Below are positions 1 to 10,243 of a DNA stretch of 64,000 nucleotides, piece after piece (position 1 is the stretch's first letter; each line of letters begins with the position of its first letter). This DNA is from Planctomycetota bacterium (GTDB taxonomy: Bacteria > Planctomycetota > B15-G4): contig JBBQUR010000004.1 in assembly GCA_038212275.1 (NCBI GenBank), forward strand, positions 1 to 64,000. Direction: 5' to 3'. The position numbers and the translations under genes were made by a program. A model generated the notes under the pieces. That model was given only the letters and a program-made list of their open reading frames with translations, had not been told where the DNA came from and ran no database searches.

Positions 1-132
1 CGCGGTCCGTCAGCCGGACTTGCTCGTGCTCTGGAGCCTCGGAGCGCGACCAGCGGCTGGATAGGAAGAGCCGGATGACGCGAGAGTGTCACGTCCGGTT
101 CCGTGAGAGCCTGAGGGTGAAACTCCCTTGGG

Positions 133-141
<9 letters not shown>
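1..141 (+). mobile_element. Group II intron, 3' end (end of intron-encoded protein, domain V 68-101, domain VI ~105-138, 3' splice end AC at 140-141); the rest lies upstream of the window
   Basis: GAGCCGGATGACGCGAGAGTGTCACGTCCGGTTC is a 34-nt domain V with AGC triad and GAGA loop. It is followed by the GAG-AGCC-TGAGGG/CCCTTG-GGCT-A-CTC hairpin with a bulged A (135) 7 nt from the terminal AC. Confidence 0.93.
2..64 (+). CDS. C-terminal fragment of group II intron reverse transcriptase/maturase (5' partial)
   Basis: Frame 2 reads AVRQPDLLVLWSLGARPAAG-stop immediately before domain V. This resembles the P-x-L-F-x-H-W ending of En-less bacterial IEPs. Confidence 0.7.
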   Translation, partial: AVRQPDLLVLWSLGARPAAG

Positions 142-1902
<1,761 letters not shown>

Positions 1903-1963
1903 GGCGACATCATCGCGATCGCGAGGCCGGCTGTCCCTTGCCGTCTGGACGCGACCAGGCGCA

Positions 1964-2386
1964 TCAGTCCGGGACGGAGGCGCAGCCCAGGCGCCTCAGC
2001 GCGGCGCAGGTGCGCCGGCGGGCCTCGTCCAGCGCGGCCGGCTCGGGATGCTTTTCGGCCCTGGAGAAGTCCAGGTCCGAGATGGCGTTGAGCGGCACGA
2101 GGTGCACGTGCACGTGCCGGACCTCGAGGCCGACCACGGCGATACCCACCTTCTGCGGCTGGTACTCGGCCTGCAGGGCGCGCGCGATCGTCTGCGCGAC
2201 GGACATCAGCTGCGCCAGCAGCGGCGCCGGCAGGTCGATCCAGTGATCCACCTCCTGGCGGGGCACCACGAGCACATGGCCGGGCGCCAGCGGGTTGGCG
2301 GAGAGGAAGGCCACGCAGGCCTCGTCCTTCCAGACGAAGCGGCCGGGCAGCTCGCCCGAGATGATGCGCGTGAAGACCGAGGGCAT
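1964..2386 (-). CDS. HIT family protein
   Basis: MPSVFTRIISGELPG...PLAPGHVLVVPR...EVRHVHVHLVP (HxHxH triad). Confidence 0.92.
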   Translation of the reverse strand: MPSVFTRIISGELPGRFVWKDEACVAFLSANPLAPGHVLVVPRQEVDHWIDLPAPLLAQLMSVAQTIARALQAEYQPQKVGIAVVGLEVRHVHVHLVPLNAISDLDFSRAEKHPEPAALDEARRRTCAALRRLGCASVPD

Positions 2387-2551
2387 GGGACGTGCTCCGC
2401 AACGTGACGTCGAGCGGTATACCGCACGCTGCGTCGGCAGCTCCAGTGCGAACGGCGCGCCGCTCAACGGTGGCGCCCGCGGCAGGCTCGCCGGCCGCTG
2501 GCTGCAGACGCCGCGGTTCGGGAGTTGGAGTCGTCGTCGCGACGGGTCATC

Positions 2552-5062
2552 ATGGCGGACATGCCCTGGGCGCTCATCGGGTGTCTGCTCGTGTCGTTCG
2601 TCCTGCTCTGCGCAGGGCGTGCCTACCTGTCGTGGGTGACTGCTGCGGCGCTGCTCCTGCTGGCGTCCTGGTTGTCGTGGGGCGCCACGCCGGCGTGGTG
2701 GGTGGCCTGCAGCATCGGCGTGCTGGCCGCGTTGATCTTCGGCGTGCCGTCGGTGCGCCGCGCGCTCGTGACGCCGCCGCTCATGAAGCTCGTCGGCGGC
2801 ATCCTGCCGAAGATGGGCGAGACGGAGCGCATCGCCCTGGAAGCCGGCACGGTCTGGTGGGACGGCGAGCTCTTCTCCGGCCGGCCGCACTGGGACGTCA
2901 TGCTGGGCTTCGTGCCGCGCACGCTCACCGAACGCGAGCGCGCCTTCCTCGACGGCCCCTGCGAGGAGCTGTGCCGCCGCCTCGATGACTGGGAGGTGAT
3001 CCAGGGCGGCGACCTGCCCCCCGCGATCTGGGCCTTCCTCAAGCAGGAGCGCTTCCTGGGACTCATCATCCCGGAGAGCTACGGCGGCCTCGGCTTCTCC
3101 GCGGCGGCCCACGCGGCGGTCGTCACGAAGCTCTCGAGCCACTGCGTGACGGCGGCCGTCACCGTGATGGTGCCCAACTCGCTCGGCCCTGCGGAACTGC
3201 TGCTGCACTACGGCACGGAGGCGCAGAAGTCCCACTGGCTGCCGCGCCTTGCACGGGGCGAGGAGATCCCGTGCTTCGCGCTCACCGGCCCGGAGAACGG
3301 CAGCGACGCCGCGGCGATGCGCGCGCAGGGCGTCGTGTGCCATGAGCTCGTGGACGGCCGCGAGGTGCTGGGCCTGCGCCTCTCCTGGGACAAGCGCTAC
3401 ACGACGCTCTCGCCCGTCGCCACGGTCATCGGCGTCGCCTTCCGCCTGCGCGACCCGCAGCGCCTGCTGGGTGTGGCCCCGGCGGGCGCCGGAGCGCGCG
3501 CTGCAAGCAGTGGCGAGGCAGGAGTCGGCGCGGAGGCGACTGCCGAAGACGGCGGCATCACGCTGGCGCTCGTGCCGGCCCATCTGCCGGGCATCACCAT
3601 CGGCGAGCGCCACGACCCGCTCGGCGTCCCGTTCCTCAACGGACCGCACCACGGCAAGGACGTCTTCGTGCCGATCGACGCGATCATCGGCGGCCCCGCG
3701 ATGGCGGGACAGGGCTGGCGCATGCTCATGGATTGCCTCGCCGCGGGGCGCTCCATTTCGCTGCCGTCGCTCTCGTCGGGCTGCACGCAACTGGTGACGC
3801 GACTCACCGGCGCATACGCGAGCATCCGGCGCCAGTTCGGCCTGTCGATCGGGCGCTTCGAGGGCATCGAGGAACGCCTCGCGCGCATCGGCGGCCTCAC
3901 CTACATGGTCTCGGCCACGCGCGTGCTGACCGCCGGCGCCGTGGACGCGGGCGAGAAGCCCGCCGTGCTCTCCGCCATCTGCAAGGCGTGGTGCACCGAG
4001 TCCATGCGCATCGTGGTCAATGACGGCATGGACGTGCTGGGCGGCGCCGGCATCTCGCGCGGGCCGCGCAATGTCCTGGCGCGCTGCTACCAGGCCGCGC
4101 CCATCGGCATCACGGTGGAGGGCGCGAACATCCTCACGCGCTCGCTCATCGTCTTCGGGCAGGGCGCGATCCGCTGCCACCCGTTTGCGCACGCCGAGAT
4201 CGAGGCTGTCGCCGCGCGCGACCTCGCCGCCTTCGATCGCGCCTTCTTCGGCCACATCGGCTTCGTGGCCTCCACGACGGCTCGCGCGCTGCTGCACGGC
4301 CTGCGCGGACGGGCCTCGGGTCCAGCCACGGCCGGCATCGGCGGTCGGCCGCTCTCGGCGCCGACGCGCGCCTTGCTCGGCCGCGTCGAGCGCCTCAGCA
4401 CGGACTTCGCGCTCTGCTCCGACGCCGCGATGATCACTCTGGGCGGCACGCTCAAGCGCCGCGAGATGATTTCCGGCCGCCTTGCCGACACGCTGGCATG
4501 GATGTATCTCGCCACAGCGAGCCTGCACCGCTTCATCGCCGCGGGCGAGCCCGAGCAGGACGCCGACGTCGCATACTGGGCCGCCGAGCACGCGCTCGAG
4601 CAATGCCAGCGCGCTCTCGTCGGCATGCTGGACAACCTGCCGAATCGTCCCGCCGCGTGGGCGCTGCGCATGCTGTGCTTCCCGCGCGGCGCCGGGGTGC
4701 GCGGCCCGTCCGACAGGCGCTCGGCCTCCGTGGCGCGCGCGCTGCTGGATGGCGGCGAGCTGCGACTGCGCCTCTCGCCCGACATCCACGTGCCGAAGGA
4801 TCCGCTCTCCGCGCTGGGCCGGCTCGAGCACGCGCTTGTGCTCACGCTGGCTGCCGCGCCCGCAGAACTCAAGCTCAAGGAAGCACTCCGCGCCGGCCGG
4901 ATCGCTGCCTCGCCCGCGCCCGATCTGGTGCTGCGCGCCGCAGGAGCCGGTGTCCTGACGGACGCCGAAGCCCAGGCACTCCTCGCCGCCGAAGCCGCGC
5001 GCAACGATGCCGTGCTGGTCGATGCCTTCGATGCCGCCGCGTTCGCCGAGCTGCGAGGCTGA
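2552..5062 (+). CDS. fadE: Acyl-CoA dehydrogenase, long FadE type (start could be 2561)
   Basis: ETERIALEAGTVWWDGELFSG, VMVPNSLGPAELL, CFALTGPENGSDA, PIGITVEGANILTRSL; N-terminal TM segments. Confidence 0.9.
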   Translation: MADMPWALIGCLLVSFVLLCAGRAYLSWVTAAALLLLASWLSWGATPAWWVACSIGVLAALIFGVPSVRRALVTPPLMKLVGGILPKMGETERIALEAGTVWWDGELFSGRPHWDVMLGFVPRTLTERERAFLDGPCEELCRRLDDWEVIQGGDLPPAIWAFLKQERFLGLIIPESYGGLGFSAAAHAAVVTKLSSHCVTAAVTVMVPNSLGPAELLLHYGTEAQKSHWLPRLARGEEIPCFALTGPENGSDAAAMRAQGVVCHELVDGREVLGLRLSWDKRYTTLSPVATVIGVAFRLRDPQRLLGVAPAGAGARAASSGEAGVGAEATAEDGGITLALVPAHLPGITIGERHDPLGVPFLNGPHHGKDVFVPIDAIIGGPAMAGQGWRMLMDCLAAGRSISLPSLSSGCTQLVTRLTGAYASIRRQFGLSIGRFEGIEERLARIGGLTYMVSATRVLTAGAVDAGEKPAVLSAICKAWCTESMRIVVNDGMDVLGGAGISRGPRNVLARCYQAAPIGITVEGANILTRSLIVFGQGAIRCHPFAHAEIEAVAARDLAAFDRAFFGHIGFVASTTARALLHGLRGRASGPATAGIGGRPLSAPTRALLGRVERLSTDFALCSDAAMITLGGTLKRREMISGRLADTLAWMYLATASLHRFIAAGEPEQDADVAYWAAEHALEQCQRALVGMLDNLPNRPAAWALRMLCFPRGAGVRGPSDRRSASVARALLDGGELRLRLSPDIHVPKDPLSALGRLEHALVLTLAAAPAELKLKEALRAGRIAASPAPDLVLRAAGAGVLTDAEAQALLAAEAARNDAVLVDAFDAAAFAELRG

Positions 5063-5090
5063 TGGCGCGCCTGGAGCGCTGCTCCGCTTG

Positions 5091-5301
5091 GCCGGGAGCT
5101 GCCCTTTGGGGTCGAGATGGGCGGGAGTCGCATGGGGCAGTGAGTGCGCGGGGCGGGAGGTTTGTCCGGCGCTGCGCCCGGGGGGCGGAAGGACTCGTCA
5201 CGGTTCCGGGAGCGGCGCCCGTCGCGCCGGACAAACCTCCCGTCCCGCGCTCGCCGAGGCACGGGGTTCCGTGCCAAGCGACGGGGGGGGCAGCTCCCGG
5301 C
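5091..5301 (+). repeat. Structured ~210-bp intergenic element, copy 1 (REPIN/MITE-like or ncRNA)
   Basis: Terminal inverted repeat GCCGGGAGCTGCCC (5091-5104) / GGGCAGCTCCCGGC (5288-5301). Internal 27-bp stem 5146-5172 / 5224-5250. Homologous to the reverse complement of 5675-5891. Confidence 0.85.
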
Positions 5302-5674
5302 GGGCGCTTCGCTGCGCCTCACGCGCGGCCGTTGCGTGGAACGCATTCTCCGCCATGAGGTGGTGATGAACTCGTGATGCGGTCAAGCATCGCTTGAGCG
5401 GGGATGGGGAAGGCGCGATGCACAGCTGCGCGCTGCTCTGCGCGGGATCAACACGGCGGGCGGCAGGCACATGGAACGAGTCGGGCAGCGGCGGAGACGT
5501 CAGGCGTCCGCTGAAGCGGCCCGCAGTTCGGTGGCTCACGAATTCGCAGCGCTCGCGTTCCGGCAGAGCCTCGTCGTTCGTCCGGGCCACCGTTCCGCCC
5601 GAGACACCGGCCAGGCGCGCCCGCCGTCCTAGCGTTCAACCTCGCGGCGTGCGACGGCGTCGAGAAGCGCAACC

Positions 5675-5891
5675 GCCGGGAGTGCTGACCGCCTCGCCCG
5701 GCACGGAAAAACGTGCCTCGGCGTGTGCGCGGGACGGGAGGTTTGTCCGGCGCGAAGGGCGCCGCTCCCGGAACCATGACGAGTCCCGTTGCCCCACGGG
5801 CGCAGCGCCGGACAATCCTCCCGCCCCGCGCACTCCCCGTCCCATGCGACTCACCTCCTTCCTCGGCCCCAGCGCGGTCAGCACCCCCGGC
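5675..5891 (-). repeat. Structured ~215-bp intergenic element, copy 2 (inverted relative to copy 1)
   Basis: Terminal inverted repeat GCCGGGAGTGCTGACCGC / GCGGTCAGCACCCCCGGC. Same GGGAGGTTTGTCCGGCGC inner stem and same spacer as copy 1. Confidence 0.85.
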
Positions 5892-6063
5892 GCGCAAGCA
5901 AAACAAAGCCGTCTTCTCACCCATGTTCCGTGTCTCGCAGATTGAAGCCTCACTCGCATCGTCGCTACGATCAGCTTTCCGCGACGGTGGCGTGTCGGAG
6001 GCCGCAGCTTGCGGCGCGGCACGGCCCGCCTCACGAGACCCGACGCCGCACCGGCTTCACCGC

Positions 6064-7635
6064 ATGACCATTCACGACGACCCGCGCTTTCAGCAGGCGC
6101 TTTCCGAGCTTCCCGCAGACGCCGATGCCGAGACCTTCCGCCGCTGGGGTGAGGAGGTGCTGGCTCTGTTGCAACTGCACGTCGAGGAGAGCCGCGCCGG
6201 CAACGGGCGCGTGCTGCGGCAGCGGCCGATCGACCAGATCGGACAGGAGCTGGAGCTGTCGCGCTGGATCCGCGACGGCGGGATGGACGCCGCATCGCTG
6301 GGCCGTTTCCTGCAGGGCTATCTCGCGGACTCGACGCGCCTGCACCACCCGGCGTACATGGGCCATCAGGTGGCAGTGCCGCACTTCGCGTCGGCGCTGG
6401 CCGACCTCGTGCATGGCACCATCAACAACGGCATGGCCATCTACGAGATGGGCGCGCCGGCCACGGCCATCGAAGCGGCGATCATCACGTGGATGCTGGG
6501 CAGGATCGGCTTCACGGCCGGGGACCCGTCGGGGTACGGCGACGCGACCGGCGACCCGGACACGGGCGCCGGCGCCCTGGATGATCTGGCGGCCGCGCGC
6601 GCGCCGGCTGCTGCCCGGAACGCACCTCGTCCCGGCGGCGTGCTCACGCACGGTGGCTCGCTGGCCAACCTCACGGCGCTGCTCGCGGCGCGTGCCCGCA
6701 TCGCGCCGGATGCCTGGACCGCAGGCAATCCCGGGACCGACCGCGGGGGGCTTGTCGTCATCGCGCCGGCGAGCGCTCACTACAGCATCTCGCGCGCGCT
6801 CGGGATCATGGGACTCGGCACGGATGCGCTGCTCAGCCTGCCGGTGGACGACTGCGGGCGCGCGGAGGCGGCGGCGCTGCCCGGCTTGTGCGATGCCGTG
6901 GTCGCGAGCGGGCGGCGCGTGCTGGCCGTGGTCGCGAGCGCCGTGTCGACGGCGGCCGGCACGCACGACCCGATCGAGGCCATGGCCGATGTCTGCGACG
7001 AGCGCGGGCTCTGGCTCCACGTCGATGGCGCGCACGGAGCCTCGGCGCTGCTCAGCGACGCGCTGCGCGGCCGCCTGGCCGGCATCGAGCGCGCGCACTC
7101 CGTCGTGTGGGATGCACACAAGCTGCTGCGCACCTCCACGCTTTGCGCCGCCGTCCTCTTCCGCGACGTGTCCGCCCTGGAGGGCGCGTTCCGGCAGCAG
7201 GCCAGCTACCTGGGAAGCGGTGCGGACTCGCCCGGCATCGATCTCATCGGCCGCACGGTGGAGTGCACCAAGGCTTCGCTGGGCCTGAAGCTCTTCCTGG
7301 TGCTCGCCGTGGAGGGTGAGCGCGGACTGGCCGCGCACGTCGAGGCGCTCTACGGCGCGGCGGCGCGCTTCCACGACCTCATCGCGGCGCGACCAGGCTT
7401 CACGTGCCTGTGCCCGCCGGAGGCCAATATCCTCTGCTTCCGCTGGGCGGCCTTCGACGACGAGCGCCTGGCGGGCCTGCGCGCGGAGCTCGTGCGCCGC
7501 GGCGAGTTCTACATCACGCAGGCCGATGTGGGCGGGCGGCGCTGGCTGCGCCTCGTCATCATGAATCCGGAGACGGACGAGGCGGTCGTGGAGCGGCTGC
7601 TCACGTCCATCGAGGGCATCGCCGCCGGCGTGTGA
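6064..7635 (+). CDS. PLP-dependent group II decarboxylase (DDC/GAD/diaminobutyrate decarboxylase family)
   Basis: RLHHPAYMGHQV, GGVLTHGGSLANLTALLAAR, WLHVDGAHG, VWDAHK (PLP lysine). Confidence 0.9.
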   Translation: MTIHDDPRFQQALSELPADADAETFRRWGEEVLALLQLHVEESRAGNGRVLRQRPIDQIGQELELSRWIRDGGMDAASLGRFLQGYLADSTRLHHPAYMGHQVAVPHFASALADLVHGTINNGMAIYEMGAPATAIEAAIITWMLGRIGFTAGDPSGYGDATGDPDTGAGALDDLAAARAPAAARNAPRPGGVLTHGGSLANLTALLAARARIAPDAWTAGNPGTDRGGLVVIAPASAHYSISRALGIMGLGTDALLSLPVDDCGRAEAAALPGLCDAVVASGRRVLAVVASAVSTAAGTHDPIEAMADVCDERGLWLHVDGAHGASALLSDALRGRLAGIERAHSVVWDAHKLLRTSTLCAAVLFRDVSALEGAFRQQASYLGSGADSPGIDLIGRTVECTKASLGLKLFLVLAVEGERGLAAHVEALYGAAARFHDLIAARPGFTCLCPPEANILCFRWAAFDDERLAGLRAELVRRGEFYITQADVGGRRWLRLVIMNPETDEAVVERLLTSIEGIAAGV

Positions 7636-7642
7636 CGCGCGC

Positions 7643-7948
7643 TCAGGCGATGTCGAGGAAGAGCTGCTTGCCGTCGCAGCTCACGTCGTGCACCTGGATC
7701 GGACGGCCCACGGGCGGTCCGCACATTCCGGTGCGCACGTCGACCTCGGCGCCGTGCCACGGGCAGCGCACCGTCGTGCCCGACATCGTGCCGGCCGAGA
7801 ACGAGGCGCCGCGGTGAGGGCATGTGTCGTCGATGGCGTAGTACTGCCCGGTCGAGTTGAAGACGGCGATCTTGCGCCCGTCGATGTCGATGCAGACGCC
7901 CTTGTTGACGGGAAAGTCGGCCACGGGGCCGATGCTCTTGAGGGCCAT
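7643..7948 (-). CDS. Rieske [2Fe-2S] ferredoxin
   Basis: YAIDDTCPHRGAS...VRCPWHGA (CxH...CxxH). Confidence 0.92.
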   Translation of the reverse strand: MALKSIGPVADFPVNKGVCIDIDGRKIAVFNSTGQYYAIDDTCPHRGASFSAGTMSGTTVRCPWHGAEVDVRTGMCGPPVGRPIQVHDVSCDGKQLFLDIA

Positions 7949-8163
7949 GTCTGTCTCCTGCGGTGGGGGCGGATGGTCGACGCCGGTGCGCGCGAAGCAG
8001 CGGCAACTCGTGCCGGATGCTTCGGCGCGGCATTGTGCCATGCCTGTTGTCGGTCTTCGCGCGCATAGAATCCTCGGGCGTGCCGACGCCGAGCTCAGAC
8101 CACCGACAGGGCCCACGCGCAGGTGCGCAGGACGGCTGCGCCGGAAGCAGCGAGGGGGGCGGC

Positions 8164-10236
8164 GTGAGCCGCAGCGCCGGCGGCGGCAGCACCCGGCGGG
8201 CTCGTCGGCATGCGTGGCTCGCGGCCCTTGGCGTGGCCGCGCTCTATCTGCTGTCGGTGTTGCCTCGGTTGTCGGAGTTCGGGCCGACGTGGGACCTTGC
8301 CCTCGCGGACCAGCCCTACGGCGAACAGTTTCTCGCCTACGTCACGACTCTTGATCCGGCCTACCTCCAGTTCGAGACGCAGCCGCCGTTGCCGGAGCTG
8401 CGAGCGCCGCACCCGGACTTCGTGACGGGCGGGCGCTCCACGCCGGACATCGCCTATCCGCTCGGCGGCATGCTCTCGGCGCTGTGCTGCCGCGTGCTGT
8501 GGACCGAGCTCGCGCTGGTGCCCGCGATGGCAAGCCACCACCTCATCGCACCCTTGTGCACCTCGGCCCTGCTGGCGTGCCTCGTGCTGCTCGGCGCGCG
8601 CTGGCGCTCGCTGTCCGCGGGCATCGGTGCGGCGCTGCTGGCCGCGCTGTCGCCGTATTTCCTCGCGCACTCCGCCTTCAACGTGAAGGACATCCCGGAG
8701 ACCTGTCTCTACACGGCGACCTTTCTCGCCGTGTCCGCCGGCCTGCTCCGCCAGCGGGGCGTGCGCTGCTGGCTTGCCGTGGGGGTGCTGTTCGGGCTTG
8801 CGCTGGCCCAGAAGCCCAATGCCCTGTTCCTGCCGGTGCAGGGCCTGCTGCTGCTGATCGCACTGCGGTGGGTGCGCGCGCGATCGGGCGGCGCCGTGCC
8901 GCGCGTGCCGTGGCGCGGCGCAGCTCTCGCGTTGCTGGTGGCCCCGCTCGCCTATCTCGCCGTGTCGCCCTACGAGTGGATCGATACGTGGGCCCGCGTG
9001 TCGCGCCATGCGCAGCTCGTCGTGAGCGACGGCACGACGCTCGTCGGCAGCGACCGGTTGCTCGGGCTGAAGTACGTGCTGTGGACCACGCCGCTGCCGG
9101 TCCTCGTGCTGGCCGTGGCGGGATGGTTCGACAAGCGGCTGGCGCTTGAGCACCGCGTGGTAATGGGAGTCGGTCTCGCCGTGCCGCTGCTGCGGTCGCT
9201 GCTTCCGATCCGCATTCACGACGGGCCCCGACACTTTCTCGAATTCTTCCCGATGCTCTGTCTGTGGGCGGGCGTCGGACTGGCCGGCGTGCTCGACGCG
9301 ATGTCGCGGTGGGCACATCGCATCGGCGCTTCGCGGGACGCGCGCACGGCAACCGCGTCATGCGCCGCGCCTGTCGCGCCTGTCGCACCTGCCGCACCTG
9401 CCGCACCTGCCGCACCTGCCGCACCTGTCGCACCTGTCGCGCCTGTCGCGCCTGTCGCGCCTGTCGCGCGTCTTGCCGCGGCGCGCGGCGGACATGCCGG
9501 CGGTGGGCTGCGCACCGTGCTGCGGAGCGCGGCGTGGAGCGCCGCGCTGCTGCCCGGCATGCTGGCTGTCGCCGACACGTGGCCGCACGGCAATTGCTAT
9601 TACAACGCGCTTGTCGGCGGGCTGACCGGCGCCCAGGCGATGGGTGTGCCCGATGCCACCGACACCTGGTGCGGCAGCTACTGGCAGGGCCTGGAGTGGT
9701 TGTCGGAGCACGCGGAGCCCGGCGCTTCGGTGCTGGTGCCGGTGGGGACTCACGTGGCGCTGGCCGGAGCGCCGCTGCGCCTCCGCCCTGACCTGTCACT
9801 GTGGAAGGAAGGCGACGAGGCGCCGCACGCACCGATGTACGTCATGGCCGTCACGCGCTCCGGGATGCACACGGCTCTCATGCACGAGATTGCCGCCACG
9901 CGACAGCCGGTTCATGAACTCGACGTGCAGGGCGCGCCCATCCTGGTCATTCAGCGCGTGGACGGCCCCGAGGAGGTCGCGCGACTCTTCGAACGCTGGC
10001 ACGACGCGTGGCGCGACCCGTTGCGCAAACTGCTTCCCGCCCTGTCCGGCGTAAAGCAGCTGCGTCCGGAATTGCTGGCGCATGTGCAGAGCGCGCTGGA
10101 TGCCGGTGACACCGCCGGCCTGACCCGGGCGCTCGACTCGCTGGCGGACGAGCTGCCGCCACCGGCCCGGCGCGCTCTGCAGCAGTGGCTGGACCAGCAA
10201 CCGTCGCCGCTCGGACGGCTCTCCCCCTCGCGCTGA
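8164..10236 (+). CDS. Polytopic membrane glycosyltransferase (GT-C/ArnT-PMT-like); start uncertain
   Basis: Multiple TM helices; FGPTWD, HSAFNVKDIP, LALAQKPNA, IHDGPRHFL, YYNALVGG motifs typical of GT39-like proteins. Confidence 0.7.
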   Translation: MSRSAGGGSTRRARRHAWLAALGVAALYLLSVLPRLSEFGPTWDLALADQPYGEQFLAYVTTLDPAYLQFETQPPLPELRAPHPDFVTGGRSTPDIAYPLGGMLSALCCRVLWTELALVPAMASHHLIAPLCTSALLACLVLLGARWRSLSAGIGAALLAALSPYFLAHSAFNVKDIPETCLYTATFLAVSAGLLRQRGVRCWLAVGVLFGLALAQKPNALFLPVQGLLLLIALRWVRARSGGAVPRVPWRGAALALLVAPLAYLAVSPYEWIDTWARVSRHAQLVVSDGTTLVGSDRLLGLKYVLWTTPLPVLVLAVAGWFDKRLALEHRVVMGVGLAVPLLRSLLPIRIHDGPRHFLEFFPMLCLWAGVGLAGVLDAMSRWAHRIGASRDARTATASCAAPVAPVAPAAPAAPAAPAAPVAPVAPVAPVAPVARLAAARGGHAGGGLRTVLRSAAWSAALLPGMLAVADTWPHGNCYYNALVGGLTGAQAMGVPDATDTWCGSYWQGLEWLSEHAEPGASVLVPVGTHVALAGAPLRLRPDLSLWKEGDEAPHAPMYVMAVTRSGMHTALMHEIAATRQPVHELDVQGAPILVIQRVDGPEEVARLFERWHDAWRDPLRKLLPALSGVKQLRPELLAHVQSALDAGDTAGLTRALDSLADELPPPARRALQQWLDQQPSPLGRLSPSR
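9367..9465 (+). repeat. 9-bp tandem repeat x11 (GCRCCTGYC) encoding (APV/APA)11
   Basis: Directly visible; in frame within the glycosyltransferase. Confidence 0.95.
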
Positions 10237-10243
10237 CGGCCGA

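Noticed and set aside
1964..4831. Long ORF-track frames such as 1964-4831(-), 19250-22780(-), 28138-30846(+), 50510-52774(-) and 61739-63709(+)
   Set aside because: These are antisense shadows of real genes in GC-rich DNA; only the motif-bearing 3' parts (HIT, amidohydrolase) are real.
5302..5674. Possible gene or transposase remnant between the two structured elements
   Set aside because: The ORFs are Arg/Ala/Pro-rich with no HUH, DDE or other recognisable motif.
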